DNA of 63,654 nt, counting the filler, from Octopus bimaculoides (Eukaryota), in the NCBI RefSeq assembly GCF_001194135.2. It is 4 parts of 4 records of this genome, joined end to end, with 100 filler letters (N's around TTAATTAATTAA, not from the genome) between each part and the next. Parts side by side here need not be neighbours in the genome. Positions count along the whole stretch, not along the records: positions 1 to 15,199 come from NC_068982.1; 3 more parts are not named here. The stretch is one strand, 5' to 3'. Positions 1 to 11,148 of the stretch are shown in pieces (within the stretch, counting starts at the first letter, position 1; each line of letters starts with the position of its first letter). The position numbers and the translations under genes were made by a program. The notes below the pieces were generated by a model. That model had not been told where the DNA came from and ran no database searches. It worked only from the letters and a program-made list of their open reading frames with translations.

Positions 1-803
1 AAAAATTTTTTTAGGGGGAATCGCATGACCGTGACATATAGAACACATTATCGAAAACGAAAATCGTCAAAATTAAAAAATAAAAAAGTTACAGCCATTT
101 TCCCTCAGTGTCTAATTCCAATGTCCACCATAAGTTTTTCATGGACCTTTAAAATACTACTGTGGATCCCAAATTTACTATTTTGTTAACATGGACCCCC
201 AGGGTTCATATCGACTCTGGTTGAGAACCAGTCGTAGAGAGTTCATTTGAGGTATACTCAAAGTGAGTAAAACAATAATCGGTATAACAAAGCAGCAAAA
301 ATAGGTAAGATTAATCCATTTTTCATTAATGATCGAGTTGGCGGTTATTAAATGAGGTCAGTAGCAAGTCAAGAATTCATGTGTTCTTAGTTGGAACCAC
401 GTCCCTTACATTGCTAATGAATAATAAAGGAAAGGCACGAACATCACAGTTCTATATTCCCCTATTCTCTATGAGTCTTAAATAAGCATGTGTTAATGTA
501 ATCAATATACAGAGAAACATAATAATTAAGAGGAGATAACTCTCGATGATTTCAGTTCAGCTTAGACTGTTTTTTCCTTCTTTTTTTTTTTATTAATTTC
601 CAAATCATAAACATGTTTGTATGACTTGAGGTGTATATTTATTGAATATTGCAATGTTTTGTGAGTCAATGCAATGTGATAAAAGAATACGGAGTAACAG
701 TAATTTTTCAGATTGGGACAATATTTTTAAGAAAATTGAAACAAGAATAGATAAGAAAAATATTGATCAGCTAGTCGTAATTATTTCTACATTTAAATGA
801 TGA

Positions 804-960
804 CCATTTGAGTGCGATCGTTTTTAGCTTCGCCTTACTGGCACTTGTACCGGTGGCATGTGAACAAAACATTGGACTGACTCCTGTGCAGGTGGCACGT
901 AAAAAATACCATTTGAGCGTGGCCGTTGCCAGTACCGCTGGACTGGCCCTCGTGCCACTT
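804..960 (+). mobile_element. Fragment of RTE LINE 3'UTR
   Basis: reverse complement of 2165-2330. Confidence 0.8.
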
Positions 961-973
961 AAGTATATATTTC

Positions 974-1226
974 AGGTACTACTAAAGCAGCGCGGACCCG
1001 AACGCGCAGTCGCGTAGTCGCGCGTCCGCGCTAGCTAGTCTTGAGTGGTCGATCCTAACCCTATCCCTAACCCTAACCCTGTCCCTAACCCTAACCCTAT
1101 CTCTAACCCGCGTGTGCAAATGAATACGTGTTTAGGGTTAGGGTTAGGGTTAGGATCGACCACTCACGACTAGCGAGCGCGGACGCGCGATGGCGCGTTC
1201 GGGTCCGCGCTGCTTTAGTAGTACCT
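974..1226. mobile_element. Foldback MITE with about 100-bp TIRs containing (CCCTAA)n/(TTAGGG)n; ATATTTC target duplication
   Basis: AGGTACTACTAAAGCAGCGCGGACCCGAACGCGC inverted at both ends; atatttc at 967-973 and 1227-1233. Confidence 0.88.
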
Positions 1227-1722
1227 ATATTTCATATGAAGGCGAAAATCCGAACATTTCGAAAATAATTTCAGGCGCCAAAATCGAACATTTTTAACAT
1301 TGAATACATATTTATTACGCATGCGTCCATTCGAGCGCTTACACACACATAGAAATATGCGATGACGCGCAAAAATATGCCGTAAAAGTATTCCATTCGT
1401 TAATGTAACTATCTCGTCTTTCCAAGCTTAAAACCCGAAATCATGTTACACATTAGATTATGTAGTTCATACTATAATGAAAAAATGGGATGGTTATAAA
1501 TAAATTGGGATCTTTGTGATTATTGTCACTGTTTACAATTTTGTTCCAATTGTTTTCAAATTTGATATGTGCATTAAGTTTTGTATACTAATTGTGAAAA
1601 TGAAATTCATTTTCCCTATAAATTCCTAATTAAAAAGTTATTAGCCATTAAAATTTGCAAAATTTGGGTATTTTAGTCAATCAGAGGTATTTTACACATC
1701 ACCGTGAAGTTCTGTTAGCACA

Positions 1723-1992
1723 TTAACCCATTAGTAATCAAACTTTTTTCTTTAATTTATTACCAGAAATCTTTTTTTATATACAACTTTATCTCATACT
1801 AAATATATATAAAAAAATATTACAATATTCTAAGAAAAAAATACATTTTTAGTTTGGTCCTATTTTTAGGACCATGGGCATATGGGGTACTTTTGTTCAA
1901 AAAACAGGATTTTTAAAGTAGCATACTTGATTTCAAAAAGGAAAATAAAAATAAAAAAGCACTCTTTATTTAATTCAAATGAAATGCATATT
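1723..1992 (-). mobile_element. Probable 3' terminus of the piggyBac element (TTAA-CCCATT end, palindrome GGTCCTATTTTTAGGACC, AATAAA on - strand)
   Basis: TTAA at 1723-1726, palindrome 1856-1873 related to 7369-7386, tttatt at 1965-1970. Confidence 0.55.
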
Positions 1993-4900
1993 CATCATCA
2001 TCATCATGATCATTTAGCGTGCGCTTTCCATGCTAGCATGGGTTGGACGATTTGACTGGGGACTGGTGAAGCGGATGGCTACACCAGACTCCAATCTGAT
2101 TTGACAGAGTTTCTACAGCTGGATGCCCTTCCTAACGCCAACCACTCCGAGAGTGTAGTGGGTGCTTTTTACGTGCCACTGGCACGAGGGCCAGTCCGGC
2201 GGCAACGGCTACGCTCAAATGGTATTTTTTATGTGCCACGTGCACAGGAATCAGTCCAATGTTTTGTTCACATGCCACCGACACAAGTGCCAGTAAGGCG
2301 AAGCTAGAAACGATCGCATTCAAATGGTGCTTTTTACGTGCCACCAGCATGAGAGTGAGACTGCTACTCTGGCAGTGATCCTGCTTAGATGGTGCTGTTA
2401 GTGCTCCATCGGCACAGATGCCAGTCATCAAATTTGGTTCAGTTTCGATCTCACTTGCCCCAACAGGTCTTCGCAAGCTGAGTTTAGTGTCCACTGAGGA
2501 AAGGTTGGCATGGGTGCCAGTCATCAGATTTGGTTCAATTTCGATTTCGATTTCACTTGCCTCAACAGGTCTTCGCAAGCAGTGTTTTGTGTCCAAAGAA
2601 GGAAAGGTACACATAAGTGGGCTGGCCACACATCTGGTCTCACTTGTCTTGCCAGGTCTTCTCACGCACAGCATATTTCCACGGTCACTAGTCATTGCTT
2701 CGGTGAGGCCTAATGTTTGAAGGTCGTGCTTCACCACCTCATCCCAGGTCTTCCTGAGTCTACCTCTTCCACAGGTACCCTCAACTGCTAGGTTGTAGCA
2801 CTTTTTCACACAGCTATCCTCATCCATTCTCGCCAAGTGACTGTACCAGCGCAATCATCTCTCTTGCACACAACAACTGATGCTTCTTAAGTCCAACTTT
2901 TCTCTCAAGGAACTTACACTCTGTCGGGTATGCACACTGACATTACACATCCATTGGAGCATACTGGTTTCATTCCTTGTGAGCTTATGCATGTCCTCAG
3001 AAGTCACGGCCCATGTTTCACTGCCATGTAGCATGGCTGTTCGTACACATGCATCATACAGTCTACCTTTTACTCTGAGCGAGAGGCCCTTTGTCACCAG
3101 CAGAGGTAAGAGCTCTCTGAACTTTGCCCAGGCTATTCTTATTCTAGCAGCTAAACTTTCAATGCACCCTCTTCTGCTACTGACTTGGTCCCCTAGGTAA
3201 CGGAAGCTATCAACTACTTCTAGTTTTTCTCCTTGGAATGTGGCAGAAGTTGTTCTCTGCACATTTTCAGTGTTTATTGCTCCTGAGCATCTGCCACATA
3301 CAAAAACTATCTTGCTAGTTAGCCTTCCTTTGATATTGCTGCACCTATTATGTGTCCATAGCTTACACTGGGTATATCTTATAGAGTTTCTACCTACGCC
3401 TTTTCTACAGATCGAACAGAGCCATCTACCTGAAGGGGTTTGTGGTTTGTCTACCTTTCTACTTATTAAGGACTTTGGATTTAGCTAGGTTGACTCTAAG
3501 GCCCTTCGATTCTAATCCTTCCTTCCACACCTGAAACTTCTCTAGTTCTGAATTAGAGCAAGGTCATCAGCATAGAGGAGCTTCTAAGAGCAACCTGTCT
3601 TGAATTCCTCTGTTATTGCCTGGAGGACTATGATAAACAGGAGGGGGCTGAGAACTGAACCTTGGTGGACCCCTACCCCTACTCAGAATTCTTCACTGTA
3701 CTCGTTGCCAACCCTCACCTTACTGACAGCATCCCTCATGGCTTGCACAGCTATCACTAACTATTCATCTATCCCTAGTTTCCTCATTGACCACCAGATA
3801 AGGGATCGGGGGACCCTGTCAAAGGCTTTCTCCATGTCAACGAAAGCCAGGTACAGAGGTTTATCTTTGGCTAGGTATTTCTCCTGCAGCTGTCTTACCA
3901 GAAATATAGCATCCGTGATGCTTTTCCCTGGCACAAATCCAAACTGCATCTCATCTAAGCTGACTTTCTCCCTAATTAGTTGGGCTATGACCCTCTCCGT
4001 GACCTTCATTACCTGGTCCAACACCTTGATACCTCCGTAATTGTTTGTGTCTAAAGCATCACCTTTACCGTTGACTATGGTGCTACTACACCAGTCATTA
4101 GGTATGACTCCTTCATGTATCACCTGGTTAACTATATGGGTGACTAGGCTATAGCCGACACTGCCAGAGATTTTGAGCATCTCTGCAGTGATTCCTGATG
4201 GGCCAGGGGCTTTCCCTGTCTTCATACTCTTGATCGCTTTATCTACCAAGGTACTGTCAATTAGGATAGCTGGTCCCTCTGTTGGGTTGACATTCGGCAG
4301 ACTCTCTTTCTTCCATTCATTCTCTTTATTAAGCAACCTTTCATAGTGGCGTCTCCAAACCTCTCTCTCTGCAGCCTCGTTTAGTGCAAGTGAGCCATCA
4401 TCCATACGGACACATTTCTCTCCTGCGACATCACTATTCTCTCTCAAACACTGTCTTGCAACACGAAATACCTCAAGTCTTTGGTTCTCACAACGCAGAA
4501 CATTGACAAATTTTTTTGTATCTGCTTCCCCTCTGGCTAAAGAAACCTGTCTCCTAGCTTTCCTTCTGGCAGTCTGATACAATTTCTTGCTACCTCCGTT
4601 CTTCCAGTCCTTCCAAGCCTGTTTCTTTTGTTTAATAGCCCTGTCAACCACATTGTTCCACCACCACGTTACTTTGGGTCAAGAGGGAACTTTGCACCAT
4701 CCACAGATCTGGTCAGTGGCACTCAGCAAGTTGTCCTGTAGAAACCTCCAGTTGTCTTTCACATTATATGATGCTATATCCCCTTCTATTTTGTCAAAGG
4801 CTTCAAGTAACACGTCTCTAAATCTCTGTCCATTTGCAGGATCTTTAAGCTTCCAGACCCTTCTCCTCCAAGATGGTCTACTTCTGGGCATCCATTTAGC

Positions 4901-5430
4901 CCTGATCCCAAAGTCACTAACTACTAATCTGTGTTGAGGGGTATATTCTTCACCTGGGTAGGTTTTGCCATTTATAAGCAGTCCTCTTTCCCTTCTTCTT
5001 CCGAGGATGTAGTCAATTTGGCTAGTGTGTCTGCCGGAACGGTAGGTGACTAAGTGACAGGCAGGTTTCCTGAAGTTGGTATTGCAAACCATAAGATCAT
5101 TTGCATCACAGAACTCCAACAGTCTGGTTCCCTCCTCATTGCGGGAACCAAAACTATAGCCTCCATGTACGCAATGGAAGCCCCCTGCATGTTGTCCGAC
5201 ATGTCCATTGAAATCACCAGCCACAAAGAGAAGGTCCCTGTCATTCGTCAACGAGGTAGTCTGCAATAGGGTGTCATAAAATTGGTCTTTCTGCCCATCC
5301 CGGTTGAGGGGCATAGGCCAAGATAATGGTAGCCAACCTATGGTGAAGCACTAGTCTAATCTTAAGTACTCTGTCACATACTCTGACTACCTCGATTACC
5401 TTATCAACCCATTTCTCCGCAAGAAGTATT
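1993..5430 (-). mobile_element. RTE-clade LINE, 5'-truncated, with frameshifts and stops: AP endonuclease, RT and 3'UTR with (ATG)n tail
   Basis: VAGDFNGHVG, SQIDYIL, SDHRLV-like QHRLVVSDF (APE); QFGFVPG, FVDMEKAFDRVPR, LLYADDL (3563-3574), FRYLG; catcatcat tail at about 1993-2010. Confidence 0.95.
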
Positions 5431-5486
5431 ACTTGAAAAAAAAAAGAATAAAATGTAATTTTTTTTCTGAACAATCTAAATAAAGA

Positions 5487-7183
5487 TTACTTTGAATGCC
5501 ATTTGTTGAAACATTCACCCATATGAAGACCAACATCTCACATTTTACATATTTTTTGAAGCTGTTTTTTTTTTTTTTTTTTTTTTTTGAAAAAAGCACA
5601 TTTTCTTTGTTTCCCTCCCTCTGTTCTATCAAGAGCATGTCCAGTAGTAGAAAATTCAATTTCTGGTATTACTTTTGAAGAAAATACCTTTGGCTGTCCC
5701 AAATTTTTGTAATCAGAATCTGACTATAACTCCAAATAAGCTTGTGTAACTGACCTCTTGAAATCTAGTAATGTCAAAGTATTTCCATTTGCAAAACAAT
5801 GTACAATCCAGGAATTAACCATTATAGTATCAAGAAAATTTGTAAATAGACTAAAGTAGCACATCTTAGATGTAACAGAGATGTGATACCTTTGGATAAG
5901 CCAGTCTAAGTGGTCCACACCTCCCATATATTTGTTATAATCAGATATGAGAAATGGCTGAGGAACAAATATTGCAATTGTGAAAACGCTGTTGTCATGC
6001 CATATAAAAAAATAAAAAGAGTTCTTCCTTTCCTTCAAATTTGTAGTCATAGGATCTACGATTCCCCCTTTTCAAGGATTTGTCATCTTTCAAGGGACAT
6101 CTGGATGTTCTGCTTGAACGTACTATATCCGTGATTCTGATTCCTGAGAATTTCATTTGTACAAATATGTTATAACTTGAGAAAAAGTTATCAACATAGA
6201 TTCCATGATCATTGGGGTTCACTAGGGATTGGTCATTGATAAAACCATTTTTGAACCTAGAATGTCATCATTCTTGGTATTGAAAGTAGGATCTTTTTGC
6301 TTCCCTTGATATAAATCCATTCTAAAACAAGAGCCACTATTGTGGTACAACAAAGCACCCACTGCTTGAAATCAAAACTTATTGGCTTACCTCTTATAAA
6401 TTTTTTTTAGAGCTTCTTCCATAGTATCTTACTATCTGTTCATCTACTGACAGTCTCTTAGAGAATATTCCAAACTGTTTGTCTTCTGATTCAGAGCATT
6501 AGCTAGTGGTCTAATTTTGAATCCTTTATCATCTTTGTAGTTTTCTGCATTTTCATAACCAACAAAATGAAAAACAATGTCAAGAAACAGATTTCTAAGC
6601 ATTAGAAATCTGTTTCTTGGCATTGTTTTTCGAATAATCGGAGTTTCAAGGTTATCAGACACACTCCATTTACTTGGTAGTCTGTGGTATCCTGAAAAAA
6701 GTAAGACTCCAATGAAATTTCTCAGGTAGTTTGTTGACAGACTGAAATAATGTACATTTTTCTGTATGGAATAAGTGGCAGATTCTCTGCAAATTTCATT
6801 TAGTAAATCCTCGTCAAGGAAAAGTTTAAAAATCTCAACTGGGCTCTTGCCAAGTACTTTATTTTTTATTGATTTCATTCTATAATCTGCTCTATCAGTA
6901 ATTTTCCAAGAAAAATCTGAGCTTTTCTTTTTTCTTTTGGTTGTGTTAGTTCTTGTTCATTATCATACTGATGAAGCTCAACACTTCCTGGCACATCCTA
7001 CAAGATAAGTGTCAGATTTCTGTTCTCATCATCAAAGTCTTGTTCATCAGTTAGTTCATTTACTGGTGGAGGAATTTCAATAATATCAATACAGTTTTCA
7101 TCACTGGGTCACTCATTTTCTTCTGCATAATTTACTGCATCATGAACTGAATAGAATGACTTGATTGAATGGTAGAAAGCCAT
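5487..7183 (-). pseudogene. Decayed piggyBac transposase, PGBD3-like
   Basis: acidic N-terminus ELTDEQDFDDE, DVPGSVE, SPVEIFKLFL, MPRNRF, VDNFFSS, WHDNS, YNKYMGGVDHLD, C-terminal DVGLHMGECFNKWHSK*; several stops and frameshifts. Confidence 0.92.
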
Positions 7184-10100
7184 GGGAGAGTATCTGAAAA
7201 TAAAACTAAATTAAGAATAATAAAGAAAAAAATAACAAATAAAAAATATATATTTTTCACAATTGTCTATACATAGAAAATGTTTTCAGCAGAAAAAAGT
7301 TTGCCCATGCAAACCGTTTTCTCTTTTATGCAACATCCATAGAAAATGGAAAAAGTTCCATTGACCATGGTCCTTTTTTTAGGACCAGAAGGATAATCCA
7401 TCATATTTCTGCAACAGCTGTCTGATGTATATTGGCTTTCTGTAATCAACCTGAACTAATGAAATTTTAAAATTTCAGCTTCTGAACTTCTAATTACTCT
7501 TATTATTGTTTTATCATGATATAAAGATGTATTTTCAAAAAAGTCCAAATGTTTGGGGTTTTTTTTCGTCTTTTTCTGTTATTACTAACATATGGACGGA
7601 ACTATCAGTTTCATACTTCACGAGGAAGAGGAAGGGTTTTCATTTTCTCCTAAATTATTTAGTTTTCCTACCTGTCTTTTCGTACGCGAAGATAGGGATT
7701 CCAAAGCNNNNNNNNNNNNNNNNNNNNNNNNNNNNNNNNNNNNNNNNNNNNNNNNNNNNNNNNNNNNNNNNNNNNNNNNNNNNNNNNNNNNNNNNNNNNN
7801 NNNNNNNAGTAATAGGATTTTTTTTTTTTTTCATATAGGACTAGGCGATTTTTTTTTTTTCTTGCGGAGTCTAAATGTCATTTAAATACAATATATTAAA
7901 ATCCCTTGATACGTAATGGATACTCGTTTGTACTTTCGTTTTCTAGTTCAATTTATGGTTTCGCCCACTAAGCCGACCGCCAAAATAGATAGACTCGAGT
8001 TAAAACATAATGATCGAAGGGAGACAACCGCTTTCCGACATTTGCGTTTAGCCGCCGGATGAGTTGTGGTTGTTTTTATTACTGGGTGGTTGCATTACTC
8101 TTGCAACTTCGATTGTTTAGTCCCAGGTCGCTGAAATACAAATCTACGATGGAGCAATGGCTGTTTCTAGTAACTTCAGGACCAGGAAGAGGCGGGAGTC
8201 CCCCGACTTATTAGGTGTACCACAATGGCGAAGCTGTTATGTACTAGGCAAAGTGTCGAGCCTACAGAGTCGTTGCTCGAGGCCGGAATACCAGCTGAAT
8301 CTTTGAAATAGTCCCTACTACTGTCATAGTCTTCACATTTCTAAAGACCTAGTATCAAATAACCCGTATTTTGTCTGCAAGCCAAGTTTCGATATCTATC
8401 ATTGTTAGCGTGACCAGAGCCCTCATATGTGACTTGAGGCGAAAATTTAATGTAATAAATTTCTGGATTTATTTCCAAATAGCGAAACATTCAAAGTATG
8501 CATATATTACAAGAGAACTTTCTTTTCTGATATCTCTAGTAAACCTGATATTTCTCTCCTTTTTAAAATTATACTGCTGTTCTTCACATTTACCGCATTA
8601 TTTAACGTTACATATTCTGTTTGTTACGTTTCTCTTCTATTCCTTAAAGATCTATGGAACTGCTGAAACGGAAAACCAGCTTCCTGTGTATCGATTGGTT
8701 GTGGTCCAGATTTCACCGTTTACTTGTGTTAAATGTTAGATCCATTTTTAAAGAAAAATTAAGCAACTAAACCTTTTAAAGAAAAGAGACTTTACATGTC
8801 TTTCCGCTTTGGGTTGTTACACCAATGACCATCCCCTTTGAGGAGGAATGGTTTATCTATTTCTAGCAAAGATGTTAAATGGTGTAAATGCAACTTGGAT
8901 TTAAAGGCCTTGAATTGTGAGTGACTGACGACTCCAGGACCTTCTGTTGCGAATTTTATCCACCGAGATTTGGCTATTTCGAACAAGTCGAGCGATCAAA
9001 GTATCGGAAAAGATTTAAATTGACCAGTTCTCCCGTAAAAACAGAAAATTACATCTGAATGCCAAATTTTCAAATGCGACCGACCTACAGCTGACCATTT
9101 TAAGGTCAAATAAAACAAAATGGGAAGGTCATACGTTCAGTATTTTCGCCCATGGGTGATGGTGTCTTGGATTAAATTGCAGAAGGAAATGCTGGAATGA
9201 GGGATGGGGGAAGCTTCCTGTGTGTTGGCTGGCTGTGATTCACTTGATTCCACCGTTTACTTCTCTGTTAAATGTTATCCATCTTTAAAGAAGAGAAATT
9301 AGCGTAACGAAAACATCTAAGAAAATGAGTCGAAATGTTTTGAAGTATTTCACTTTTTCTGATCTTACATGATTTTATTTCGCTAAATTACTTAGATGTT
9401 AAATTATTTGTGCTCTACATGTATACTTTCGCTTTGGTTTGGTCATTCCAGTGATGCTTTGCCATCTATTTCTAGTAAGGTCGAGTGTGTAAAATGAATG
9501 GCAAATGAAAAAATGCGACTTGTTTTCAAGATCCCTGATTTGTGAGTAACGGACGACTCCTGGACCCTTCTGTTGAGAATTTTATCTAGAGATTAGGCTG
9601 CTATTTCGAGCAACTCGAACGATCAAATGACCGCCTCTTCTAAAATCGGCAAGGGAAAAATAAAATTGATGGAATTAACTGGGTCAGTTCTATAGTTTTC
9701 GGTGTCTAAAGCAATTTTTCCTAATTAGAAAACGAGTTCGATCCATACGAATCTGTGTTCCAATCGACACTTCTTAAGGATGCGAGAAAAATAAGTCGGG
9801 ATGGTCATAGGTGGAATACTTTCACCAATGGGTGGTGTTTGTTGGGCTAGAGGCTAACCTGAGATTAAACACTTGATTAAAACAACTGTGTGCAAGTATT
9901 TATATTGCCTAAATATTCTACAAATAGCAGCTAAATTCCTTGACAATACAGTCTCGTTGCTTAAGTCCGTGTAAAACCTGAAATAAAAGAATGGCTTGTC
10001 ACTACATTTCATAAGAATATGTACACTGACGCAACATTCCGAAGAACCTCATGTTGCCGTCCCAGTGTCAACCCAATCATGACCTCATCAACTGTCAATT

Positions 10101-11148
10101 TTGTATGAATATTATCTGCTGCATCACTTTTACATTTTGTTGCTCACTTCTGAATCCGTCACTTCCTAAACTAGGTCACTTGGTTCTGATACAGGTGGCA
10201 GAGCAATTTTTGGTGAGAGGAGGCTAGTCGGGAAGGAAGGCTCGAAACAAAATACTAGACATTATCAGAGTTGTAGCAATCACCTACCTATGTATATTAA
10301 TATTTCTAGGCTATATATTTTACCACAAATGTTGCAGACTATTCGGTTTATATCTGTCATTGGAGCAATAATAAATAATCTGATTTTTTTTTTTGTCTTT
10401 TCAGACAACTCATCTATGGCTGGCTCCTTTACACCATTACAATTAATTGCTTCCTCGGTTTCTTTTGGTGGAGTTCCACACAACGGACATTTAAAAATAT
10501 CTGGTGTCAGATGAAATAGCTTGAATATGTCGCTGCAACATATTAAACAGAAATAAAACACCTGCAACCAAATAAATTGCAAAGTGCGGATTTCTCAAAA
10601 GTAAAAAAGATATCGGACATAAATGGTTTCGAATAGCAATGCAAAAAAAAAAAAAAACCAGAAAAGCGAATTTAATTTGAAATAATGAATCTTTATCGTT
10701 TAAAACGAATATTGGATGAGCGATTNNNNNNNNNNNNNNNNNNNNNNNNNNNNNNNNNNNNNNNNNNNNNNNNNNNNNNNNNNNNNNNNNNNNNNNNNNN
10801 NNNNNNNNNNNNNNNNNNNNNNNNNNNNNNNNNNNNNNNNNNNNNNNNNNNNNNNNNNNNNNNNNNNNNNNNNNNNNNNNNNNNNNNNNNNNNNNNNNNN
10901 NNNNNNNNNNNNNNNNNNNNNNNNNNNNNNNNNNNNNNNNNNNNNNNNNNNNNNNNNNNNNNNNNNNNNNNNNNNNNNNNNNNNNNNNNNNNNNNNNNNN
11001 NNNNNNNNNNNNNNNNNNNNNNNNNNNNNNNNNNNNNNNNNNNNNNNNNNNNNNNNNNNNNNNNNNNNNNNNNNNNNNNNNNNNNNNNNNNNNNNNNNNN
11101 NNNNNNNNNNNNNNNNNNNNNNNNNNNNNNNNNNNNNNNNNNNNNNNN

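Noticed and set aside
195-235. hAT-like terminus (ggttgagaacca)
   Set aside because: Only one degenerate end visible; partner end and TSD are not in the window.
1055-1155. Telomere fusion site or chromosome end
   Set aside because: Orientation is CCCTAA then TTAGGG and the repeats lie inside TIRs with a TSD.
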